Assembly: GCA_002269645.1 (NCBI GenBank)
Contig: NIVC01003520.1
Span: 1 to 64,000, forward strand
Length of the DNA stretch: 64,000 nucleotides
Reading direction: 5' to 3'
Source of the DNA: Macrostomum lignano
Taxonomy: Eukaryota
Shown here: positions 47,064 through 59,100 of the stretch, piece after piece
Numbering within the stretch: the stretch's first letter is position 1
Layout of the letters: each line of letters starts with the position of its first letter
Made by a program: the position numbers and the translations under genes
Notes under the pieces: model-generated
Seen by the model: only the letters and a program-made list of their open reading frames with translations
What the model was told of the DNA's origin: nothing
Database searches by the model: none

Positions 47064-49599
47064 TTATTATTAGGTCAAGTCAGGATAATAGCCATAAGCC
47101 CTAGCCATGAGCATAACAAACAATGTTATATTTTTTTATAAAAATGGCTTTTTTTAGAAAATTTGGCACCCAAAAATATAGATAGGTTGTATCATGCGCT
47201 TTCAAAAATACTACATCTTTTTACAAAAAAACCCTAGACGCTCTTTCAAATACCTTAATAATTTTATAAATATCGTAACTGGTAACTCGCATCATAACTC
47301 GTGTAAAAATTTAACCTTTTGAACAAATACTAAATACATCGGATTATACTGGCAAAACAGGCTCCTTAAGCCTGAGCCAAATTTAGGCCTACTACTACTA
47401 CTTTAGGCCCTACTAAAGGCTTTTTAAGTAAGTAAGTTTAGTAAGTTTTAGCAGAAGTAAGTTATAAAATAAGTGAGTTTTGGCATAAAAAGTAATTGTA
47501 AAATGCAAATCTAATATAATATAATAATGAATAGTTTTTTAGCTGAATTTAGGCAATATCTTCAGGCTTTGATGCACTATACACTTAACTTTGCAGAAAC
47601 TTTGCAGCCCCAAAAATGGCATTCAATTAAATTTTCTATGATGATTAATAATTAGGCCTATTCTCATTTGGCCATTGTTATTTGTTTGGTGACCAGATAA
47701 ATAGCATTTTTGCTATTTGTCCAGTTAAATTGCTAACACATGTATCTATTTGTTTCGTGATTAGGCCTAATATTCTAGATTTTTAAGACCTTTTCTTGTA
47801 TACCAAATAATATTTTCTTGTATAGTAGTGTAAGCAAAGCAATGTATTCAATTTGGCATAATTTGGTATATAAGACACACACTAGTATAACAACATAATA
47901 ATCAAGATATGATTAAGAAATCTTTGAAGTCTATGAATATTTATTCTTGTAGTTTTTATAAAATAGATATTTAAGCATTATCTAGTAACTAGACAAATAG
48001 GTCTAACCACATCACTATTGGTCCAGTTACCAAACAAATAACAATTGCCTTCTTATTTTGTTCTTGATTTGTTTTGTGTTTATAAATTTTTTGTTCAATC
48101 CAACCAACCAACCAATCAATCTAACCAATCCAACCAACTGAAAAACAAGACAATTTAAAGACAATTAAAATTATTGCTTAACAATTCCTTGCAAGTTTTC
48201 TAATAAGGACCACTAGCAGTAGGCCTATATTTATTATAATGCTATACTTATGATTTGTAGGAAATTTTTGGAGGGTATTTCTTAATTTCAATGTTTGTAC
48301 CAGACAAATGCATATATTCTAGCAATGTTTTATGACTGTTTACTCTTCTCCTTTGAGGCTATACTTATATTTTTCAATTGTAAAAGGCACTAATCAAATT
48401 ATTTAATGTCTTATGCATTTGTCTATCTATCAAATTGTAGCCATTTATTATACTGGTAGCTATCCTAACCTTTTTCTTAATTATTAACTGTTATTTCAAA
48501 GGCTGCTAGAAGATTATCTTTGATTCTAAATGAGTTAGCAGTATAAAAGTATGCTTATACTACTATAAGTGCTGTAGTAAAAGCATTTGTAAAGCTACAA
48601 GAATGACCCACATAAACTAAGTTAGCTGAAATATTCTACATACCTACATTCTACATATTGACATACCTATTGACCAAAAATTATCTCTATATATACTTCT
48701 AAACAGTCAGAATCAACATTAGAAAATTGGCCTCCAAATCTTTTTTTTGCAAATCACAAATGTAGCATCTTGATATATTGCAAATCATTATTTTCTAAAA
48801 GTTTTTATTAATTCATTCAAATTTTGGATGCAAAAAATAACTATTTTATTTAGTTTAACAATAACCACATGTTTAAGCACTTTGTAATTGGTAGTTCTTT
48901 AAAATTAGAAAGGACCAGTGATGGAAGTACCAGAAGTTATTTTTAAAAAAGCACTGGTACTGGAACAAGTACTAGAAGTAACTTTCCTTGAAACCAAAAG
49001 GGTACTTAACTAGAAGGTACATTTTCATGGTAACTTGCCCAATACTTTCTATTATAAGAGGAAAAGGGAATTAACGGAATTGGTTAAAATAGTAAAAATT
49101 ACAAAAAAAATCAATAGATAAGAGAACTTAAAAAGCTAAATTCATTTATTTCTATGACGATTTTGATAATAATTATCAATGAGTATAACTATTTAAAATG
49201 ATCAATTTTCCTTAATTAAGATAAAAACAAGTTAACAATTTTTATTTGTAGGGGTTTTTAATTTTGTTTTTACTTCATTTAAAATTTAAAAATATTTACA
49301 AAATTCATAAAAAATACTATAATAAATACAACAAATTTTAGGGTCTACACAGGCTAAATATAATATATTAATTAATAGCTCCTAATTGTTTTTAATATAT
49401 AAGATTTATTTTATATACATTAATGATCTAATTGGCTTATTTAGACATCTCATTTGGAATTGAAGCTCTTCTATATGATTTCTATATATTAGGCCCAATA
49501 GTAATGATTGAATCTGTCAATATAGATTCCTAGACCCTTTGCCTACAATAGCTTATAAAAAATATTTAACTATAATATGTTCATGATAAAGCTAACTCA

Positions 49600-51856
49600 A
49601 TGGCATCTGTAGTTCACTCTGATGAAGCAGTTTCTATTGAACAAAACACTGCTAATGTCAATTCTGGCAAACAATCCAAGCTGCCTAGTGACAGTCGCAT
49701 TGAACTGGGTGACATCACTCAGCACAATATTAGGCAGTTGAGAATTATCAACCAGGTAGGTTAAATGCTTTGAATGCTACCGAGTGCTTGGATAATCATT
49801 CAGATTGCAGAGCGCCTAAATAATCAGATTGTCAAGTGCTCGGATAAAATCATTAAAATTGCCGAGTGCCCGAATATCATTAAGATTGCTGAGTGCCTGG
49901 ATAATCATTAAAATTGCCGAGTGCCTGGATAATCATTAAGATTGCCGAGTGCCCGAATAATCATTAAGATTGCCGAGTGCCTGGATAATCATTAAAATTG
50001 CTGAGTGCCTAGATAATCATTAAAATTGCCGAGTTCCTAAATAATCATTAAGATTGCCGAGTGCCTGGATAATCATTAAAATTGCTGAGTGCCTAGATAA
50101 TCATTAAAATTGCCGAGTTCCTAAATAATCATTAAGATTGCCGAGTTCCTGGATAATCATTAAGATTGCCAAGTGCCTGGATAATCATTAAGATTGCCAA
50201 GTGCCTGGATAATCATTAAGATTGCCGAGTTCCTGGATAATCATTAAAATTGCCGAGTGCCTGGATAATCATTAATATTGCCGAGTGCCTGAATAATCAT
50301 TAAAATTGCCGAGTTCCTAAATAATCATTAAAATTGCCGAGTGCCTGGATAATAATTAAAATTGCCGAGTGCCTGGATAATCATTAAAATTGCCGAGTGC
50401 CTGGATAATCATTAAGATTGCCGAGTTCCTGGATAATCATTAAAATTGCCGAGTGCCTGGATAATCATTAATATTGCCGAGTGCCTGAATAATCATTAAA
50501 ATTGCCGAGTTCCTAAATAATCATTAAAATTGCCGAGTGCCTGGATAATAATTAAAATTGCCGAGTGCCTAGATAATCATTAAAATTGCCGAGTGCCTGG
50601 ATAATCATTAAAATTGCCGAGTGCCTGGATAATAATTAAAATTGCCAAGTGCCTGAATAATCATTAATATTGCCGAGTGCCTAGATAATCATTAAAATTG
50701 CTGAGTGCCTAGATAATCATTAAAATTGCCAAGTGCCTGAATAATCATTAAGATTGCCGAGTGCCTGGATAATCGTTAAAATTGCTGAGTGCCTGGATAA
50801 TCATTAATATTGCCGAGTGCCTAGATAATCATTAAAATTGCTGAGTGCCTAGATAATCATTAAAATTGCCAAGTGCCTGGATAATCATTAAAATTGCCGA
50901 GTGCATGGATAATCATTAAAATTGCCGAGTGCCTGGATAATCATTAATATTGCCGAGTGCCTGGATAATCATTAAAATTGCTGAGTGCCTAGATAATCAT
51001 TAAGATTGCCGAGTGCCTAGATAATCATTAAGATTGCCGAGTGCCTGGATAATCATTAAAATTGCCGAGTGCCTGGATAATCATTAATATTGCCGAGTGC
51101 CTGGATAATCATTAAAATTGCTGAGTGCCTAGATAATCATTAAAATTGCCAAGTGCCTGGATAATCATTAAAATTGCCGAGTGCATGGATAATCATTAAA
51201 ATTGCCGAGTGCCTGGATAATCATTAATATTGCCGAGTGCCTGGATAATCATTAAAATTGCTGAGTGCCTAGATAATCATTAAAATTGCCAAGTGCCTGA
51301 ATAATCATTAATATTGCCGAGTGCATGGATAATCATTAAAATTGCCGAGTGCATGGATAATTATTAATATTTCCGAGTGCTTTAGCTAATTATCAGCGGA
51401 ATCCTGTTACCATGGTAATGAGAAACTTGAGCAAATTCCAACACTCAAACCCAGGTTGTGTTCCCAGTTTCCTACACCGACAAATTCTACGACGACATTT
51501 TGGAGAACGGCGAACTGGGCCGACTGGCCTACTTCAACGATATCGTTGTCGGCGCAGTCTGCTGCCGCATCCAATCGGAGGCTGGGCAGCGCCGGCTGTA
51601 CATCATGACGCTGGGCTGTCTGGCGCCCTACCGGGAGCTGGGCGTCGGCACTAAATTATTAGAATACGTGTTCGAAATCTGTTCGCGAGATAAAAATATT
51701 GACAATATATTTTTGCACGTGCAGACTAGCAACGAAGGCGCTCTGGCGTTCTATAAGAAATTCGGCTTTGAAATTGTCGATACGGCGTATAACTATTATA
51801 AGCGAATTGTGCCACCGGACGCCTACGTGCTGCAGAAGAATCTATTGCGCAGTTGA
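49600..51856 (+). CDS. NAA50: N-alpha-acetyltransferase 50 (NatE catalytic subunit). Exons 49600-49755 and 51455-51856; 185 aa
   Basis: RIELGDITQHNIRQLRIINQ/VVFPVSYTDKFY..LAYFNDIVVGAVCCR..LYIMTLGCLAPYRELGVGTKLL..IFLHVQTSNEGALAFYKKFGF..YYKRIVPPDAYVLQK. Confidence 0.97.
49790..51380. repeat. 28-bp minisatellite (ataatcattaaaattgccgagtgcctgg), NAA50 intron
   Basis: Direct tandem repeat. Confidence 0.97.
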
Positions 51857-52127
51857 AGCCTTCGTTGATTTACGTCTCTGTTAGTTAATTATATATGGAC
51901 TACTATTAAATTAGACTATTTATATTGTAACTGCGCTTAATCTGCTTTTTATAAACCTTTGTCATCCAGTTATTTTGAATGGTCCTTTTAAGTACAATAT
52001 ATTAACCTAATTAATAATACTTAAGCCTTTATAATACATAGGCTTTTATTATAGTACGAGTTTTGGTTACATTTTGACTTAATATTTGCTTCCTTCTGGG
52101 GGTTCTCGATTCTTTAGAGGGTATTTA

Positions 52128-53075
52128 AAATGATAGGGGAATCCCCCATTTATCCGAATAGGTAGCTGTTATCTTTGATGATAGGGGAATTCCCCATTTA
52201 TCCGAATGGGTAGTTGTTATCTTTGATGATAGGGGAATTCCCCATTTATCCAAATAGGTAGCTGTTATCTTTGATGATAGGGGAATTCCCCATTTGTCCG
52301 AATAGGTAGCTGTTATCTTTGATGATAGGGGAATTCCCCATTTATCCGAATAGGTAGCTGTTATCTTTGATGATAGGGGAATTCCCCATTTATCCGAATG
52401 GGTAGCTGTTATCTTTGATGATAGGGGAATTCCCCATTTATCCGAATAGGTAGCTGTTATCTTTGATGATAGGGGAATTCCCCATTTATCCGAATAGGTA
52501 GCTGTTATCTTTGATGATAGGGGCATTCCCCATTTATCCGAATAGGTAGCTGTTATCTTTGATGATAGGGGAATTCCTCATTTATCCGAATAGGTAGCTG
52601 TTATCTTTGATGATAGGGGAATTCCTCATTTATCCGAATAGGTAGCTGTTATCTTTGATGATAGGGGAATTCCTCATTTATCCGAATAGGTAGCTGTTAT
52701 CTTTGATGATAGGGGAATTCCCCATTTATCCGAATAGGTAGCTGTTATCTTTGATGATAGGGGCATTCCCCATTTGTCCGAATAGGTAGCTGTTATCTTT
52801 GATGATAGGGGCATTCCCCATTTGTCCGAATAGGTAGCTGTTATCTTTGATGATAGGGGAATTCCCCATTTATCCGAATAGGTAGCTGTTATCTTTGATG
52901 ATAGGGGAATTCCCCATTTATCCAAATAGGTAGCTGTTATCTTTGATGATAGGGGAATTCCCCATTTATCCGAATAGGTAGCTGTTATCTTTGATGATAG
53001 GGGAATTCCTCATTTATCCGAATAGGTAGCTGTTATCTTTGATGATAGGGGAGTTCCCCATTTATCCGAATAGGT
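52128..53075. repeat. 48-bp minisatellite (gggaattccccatttatccgaataggtagctgttatctttgatgatag) between NAA50 and INTS2
   Basis: Direct tandem repeat; unrelated to the 26.8-kb 48-mer. Confidence 0.97.
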
Positions 53076-53178
53076 ATTTCCAACTGTTTGATAAGGGAAG
53101 TGCACTCTGATGTAAAACCATCTACAGAATGTAAAAAAGGCATTCGGCTCTTTTCTTTTGTTACAGCGGGCAATTATT

Positions 53179-56100
53179 ATGCAGCCATCTTTGAATGGTT
53201 GCGAAGCGAACCGGCAACCGCACAGTGCTGGCAGTTATTACAATAGCAATTTCAACTCGGCTAGCGGCGGCGACGAAGACTGCAACTTTGCCAAACTCTA
53301 TCGAGCTGTTCGGTGCGGCCGTCTAGTTGCGAGTTGGTCCGAATCTGAGCTGCTGGCCTTGGCGCCGCTGCTATCGTGGCATCGGGACCGGCTAGATCTG
53401 GCCGAACTATTGGCAGCCTGCCAACCGGAAGCGAATAGCTTACATTTCGGTCACGTGCTTGACTATGCCAATTCCTTGCATTATAGCGTAGAATTTGATG
53501 CCATCGGGCACGACGCTAAGGTGGACCTGGAGCGGCGGGTTGTCGATAAGTGCGGCCTGATTGGCGATTTCGTCTCCGTGGTCTGGCCGTCAGCCGCGTC
53601 CAGTGGCGAGTTCGAATCCTGCGACCGGCCGGACCAGCAGGCCAGGATGTTGCTTCGGTGAGGCGATTCGCGTTGTTATTTTACATGCTCATTGATATTT
53701 TTGACAATTTTTGTTAGTGTTTTATCCTTCAAAACTATAAAAATATTCTTTTTTCGAAGTTGTCTTGATTATATTTGAATAATCAACCCTTACTATCCTT
53801 GCCATTGATTATCCTTGCCAATCATCATTGATTATCCTTGCCAATCATCATTGATTATCCTTGCCAATCATCATTGATTATCCTTGCCAATCGGCCTTGA
53901 TTATCCTTGCTAATCATCATGGATTATCCTTGCCAATCATCATTGATTATCCTTACCAATCATCATTGATTATCCTTGCCATTGATTATCCTTGCCAATC
54001 ATCATTGATTATCCTTACCAATCATCATTGATTATCCTTGCCAATCATCATGGATTATCCTTGCCAATCGTCATTGATTATCCTTCCCAATCATCATTGA
54101 TTATCCTTGCCAATCGGCCTTGATTATCCTTGCTAATCATCATGGATTATCCTTGCCAATCGGCCTTGATTATCCTTGCCAATCATCATTGATTATCCTT
54201 GCCAATTATCCTTGATTATCCTTGCCAATCGGTCTTGATTATCCTTGCCAATCATCATGGATTATCCTTGCCAATCGGCCTTGATTATCCTTGCCAATCA
54301 TCATTGATTATCCTTGCCAATCTCCATTGATTATCCTTGCCAATCATCATTGATTATCCTTGCCAATCTCCATTGATTATCCTTGCCAATCTCCATTGAT
54401 TATCCTTGCTAATCAGCCTTGGTTATCCTTGCTAATCTTCATTGATTATCGTTTTAATCATGCCTAAATCGGCCCTAATTTTATAATTTTCTTAGGAGAA
54501 TGGGCATACACTAAATGTACTCAGTTTTTCAGTTCAGCTTCCAAATTCAATTCCTTCAAAAACACTACAGAGACATCCTAGTGGCCGTTCGCACCGCGGA
54601 AGCTCGCGGCTTCGACGCCTTCAACTCTGCCGTCGCCGTTGCTACGTCGCCAGCCGACGACAACAGCTCAGACAGCAATGACAGCCCGGCGGCCACCGAG
54701 CTGGCCGACTCCGAGCTGCTGTTCCACCACTGCCTGGCCACCCTAGTCGCTGTCAATCATCGCCTGCCGGACCTCCTGCCGCCCCGCCGCCTTCTGCCCG
54801 GCCTTCTACGCTTGCGCCGAGGCCGTCGCCTACTTCAACACTTGGCCGCTCTGCAGCCGGCCGCCTGGCGCAGCCTCGTCCGTCAGCTGCTGGCCTGCGG
54901 TCCCGGCCGGCCAATCCGTTGGGCCCTCAGCCTGGCCGAGTTGGATCCCGGCCAGTCCGCTTGGCTAGCCGAGATGTGCGCCTCAGAGCGGCGCTATCCG
55001 GACCTGCTGGCCGGCCTGCTGACCCAGGCTACTCCGCCAGCCGCTAGGCCAGCCGCTCTGCGTCGCTTATTGATGCACGAGTCGCCAGACACGCGGGCCT
55101 GGTTTCTAGCGGCCGTCACAGCCGCCGCGTCTGGCGGACGGCAGCAACAGCAGCAACAGTCTCCAACATCGCCTGGTCCGGCATTCCTAGCCGCTTGTCG
55201 ACCAGATCTACTGGCCGAGTTGCGCTCGGTTGCATCGGCTAGTGCTATCGCCTCCTCGCCTGCGGCTGTCATCCTAGCCAGTCAGCTAGTGAAGCTTTAC
55301 GCTGTACTGCACTGCCACGCGCCAACTCAACCGGCTTTGACCGAATCGGAGCTGGCCGCCCTCGCCGAACTGTTGACATCGGCTGGGCCGGATGCAACTG
55401 GCGGATTAACGGCTGTGTGCGTAGCCTTTGCTCTGATAGCTTATACAGCGTTTAACGATACCCAACAGGCCAGACTGTTGGCCTGGCTACGCCGGCTGGT
55501 TCGGGAGCCCGGCCGGCCCGACTGTCGGTACAAGGTCTGTTGTAGCTTATTGGCTTAAATAATCGAACTGTGCCATTCATTCTTGTTAGTCACGTGACTG
55601 CATGAAGTGCATGAAGTTTTCTTACAGAACTATAGGACCATTCGAACAGTAAGAAGAAAATCAAGCATTTTTCGGCCCGTCGAACTGCCTGAAGAGAAAA
55701 GAGGCGATAGAGGAGATTTAAGGAGGGATGAGATGAGAGATGGGATGTGAGAAGATGGGGGGGAGAGGATAGAGCAGAAATAACAGAGAAGAGGGGAGAT
55801 AAAAGAGGAAAAGGGAAGAAAGAGGGGGAGAGGAAAGAGTGCTCAAAGTAACGCAGATGAGGAGGGAAGAAGTGAAAAAGGAAATAATAGGGGAGAGAGA
55901 AGATAAGAAAAGAGAGAGAAGAGAAAAAAGGACAGGGAAGAGAGGAAAGAATAGAGATAAGAGCTGAGATAAGACACAAACCTTGAGCGGGCCCGATTGC
56001 TATTGAGAGTTTCTAAAGACGAAAAAGCGATTGTTTTTTTTCTAATTGTTATGTTTAGTAAAGAAATGCTCCATTGATTTCTTTATTTGTAAAAAAGACA

Positions 56101-59100
56101 AGAAATAGGATATTGATATACTTTTATAATGCATATTAGCTCAAGCCCAACCCCCCCCCAAAATGTTTTACTAAGAAACGAGGGGCCAAGAGCCCCAAAT
56201 GAATGTGTCATTGAAGTTAATCGGCTACCTATTTGTTATAAACCAAGCATTTTATCCTTATAAACCAAACAGGAGGTGCTGCTCCTCTGCGCCAGCCATC
56301 TGCACTCCAGACAGCAGGGCCAGGCCTGCGAATTTCTAGACGGCCTACTGGGCCTTCGTCAGGCTGCCAAACGAGCCGCACAGCAGCAGCAGCCGCATCT
56401 GCCCTCTACTCATCAACAGCTTCAACAGCAGCAGCAGCATCATCTTGTACAGCTGGCGCCGTCTCTCGTGAAAGTGTTCCTTACTGACCTGCTGCCCGAG
56501 CCGGCCGCCGCAGCGCATGCTGTTCGAGTTGAAGTGACGCCCGGCCTGACGTCAACAACTGAAGGTCATCTGCCTGCGCATTGCGTGCTACAGCTGCTGC
56601 AGATGCGTTCGTTTGCTAAGTATAAGGTGAATTTTTGCTGTGTGTGCATGGTATTAAACTTATAGGCCTTTTAAACTAGGGAATAAAATGTGATATGAGA
56701 TTTTTAATGGCGAGTCTGGCGACCTTAGTTTGGTGAGATTTCGATTGAGAGTGCTTAGTTTGTTGAGATTTCGATTGAGAGTGCTTAGCTTTATAAGATT
56801 TCGATTAAAAGTGCTTAGTTTGGTGGGATCTGTATTGAGAGTGCTTATTTTGGTGAGATATCGATTGAGAGCTTAGTTTGGTGAGATATCGATTGAGAGT
56901 GCTTAGTTTGGTGAGATTTCGATTGAGTGCTTAGTTTGGTGAGATTTTGGAGTGCTTATTTATCGACTTCAAAGAGTTCGCTTCGTTGCATTCCTAGGCT
57001 GACGTCACTGGCTGGGTGCTGCGCCAGATCAAAGAGTGCCGCGCTCCGCTCAACACGGTCATGCCAACCCTAATCGAGGCGTTCGCCAAATCTCTCGTAC
57101 AACCGCACGACAAATGGAGCGCCCCAGCCTACGAGGTCATCAGGCAGACCGATATTCTAGCATTCTACACGCCCTCCGCCTGCGGTCCGGCAGCCGCCTG
57201 CGCGCCCCTTCGTTGCTTTGATAACGAAGGCGAGAACGAGCTCGAAATGTCTACTATTGAACGAGATTTAACCCCGCAACTATTGATGCTGTACTATGTA
57301 CTGTGCTACGTTGATTGCCTGTTCGATTCTAGGCTAGAAATCTCTCGGTCAGGCCGATCTGTGCATCGCTACGATAGCAATCTGCTGTCGCGAATTCCTG
57401 TCGGTTATCTGGTCAGGCATTGCCAGCGAAGGCCCGAACACTATAGGGTGCTCTATCCGCTGCTGGTGCGGCTGCTTGTTCTGCGTATGCCGCATCTGCT
57501 GCTAACTGAACTGCCTATTCAGGTAATGCGCTGAGTAATACTGAATATACCCCTAGTCCTTTGGTAGCACCGTTACCCCTTCCCGTCATTCGGTGACTGC
57601 CCCCATCCGGTCATTCGGTGACTGCCCCCATCCGGTCATTCGGTGACTGCCCCCATCCGGTCATTCGGTGACTGCCCCCATCCGGTCATTCGGTGACTGC
57701 CCCCATCCGGTCATTCGGTGACTGCCCCCATCCGGTCATTCGGTGACTGCCCCCATCCGGTCATTCGGTGACTGCCCCCATCCGGTCATTCGGTGACTGC
57801 CCCCATCCGGTCATTCGGTGACTGCCCCCATCCGGTCATTCGGTGACTGCCCCCATCCGGTCATTCGGTGACTGCCCCCATCCGGTCATTCGGTGACTGC
57901 CCCCATCCGGTCATTCGGTGACTGCCCCCATCCGGTCATTCGGTGACTGCCCCCATCCGGTCATTCGGTGACTGCCCCCATCCGGTCATTCGGTGACTGC
58001 CCCCATCCGGTCATTCGGTGACTGCCCCCATCCGGTCATTCGGTGACTGCCCCCATCTTGTCATTCGGTGACTGCCCCCATCTTGTCATTCGGTGACTGC
58101 CCCCATCCGGTCATTCGGTGACTGCCCCCATCCGGTCATTCGGTGACTGCCCCCATCCGGTCATTCGGTGACTGCCCCCATCCGGTCATTCGGTGACTGC
58201 CCCCTTTCAGTCATTCGGTGACTGCCCCCTTCCGGTCATTCGGTGACTGACCCCTTTCAGTCATACGGTGACTGCCCCCATCCGGTCATTCGGTGACTGC
58301 CCCCATCCGGTCATTCGGTGACTGCCCCCATCTTGTCATTCGGTGACTGCCCCCATCCGGTCATTCGGTGACTGCCCCTTCCGGTCATTCGGTACTATAC
58401 TGATATTGGTATTGCAGTCTAAGCACAATATATTGATATAGAATATCTATTCACTGCCCGCAGGACGAGCTGGCCCTGTCTCAGGACAGCTGCCCGGACG
58501 ACCTTCGCCCAGTCCAGCTGCTGCCGCCGCCTGGCTCGCCGCCGCCTCGTCCAACAGATTTTGTCGGCTGCAGCGCCGCCGAGCTGGCCTCCGGTGGACA
58601 CGCCCTGGCCGGGATTATGACCCGGCTAAACTGGCTAGCCAATCGCAAGGCCGACTGTCTGATACCCTACGCTGATTGGCTGGTCCGGCTGCTTAAGGCT
58701 TCAACCGGATTGGACGGGCCGGCTAGTCAGCTGGTGCAGGAGCGGCTAAAACCGCTGTGGCTGCGGCTCTACCAGCTGATGCCGCGTCGGCTGGCTTTGG
58801 CTACGCTGTCAGCCCTGCGTGGCGTGTCCCTCAGCGAGGAGACCATCGAGAAAGATCCTGTTGAACAGGTAGGACTGAAAGGTTGCTGAGTCAGTCACAT
58901 GTGTATAAAAATGAATAAATATTCTCAGGTGGATTAGATGAATCCTGGCGCAACCATTTCGGCGACATCGTCATACAACCAGCGCTGAGGCAATTCTGCC
59001 CATTCCGCTGACTCCTGAGCACATGCAAGCGCGCCAATGCTGTACGCAGGCACGCACTCATGACTTTCTAATCGCAAGGCAATGTACACACTCTGTGCCT

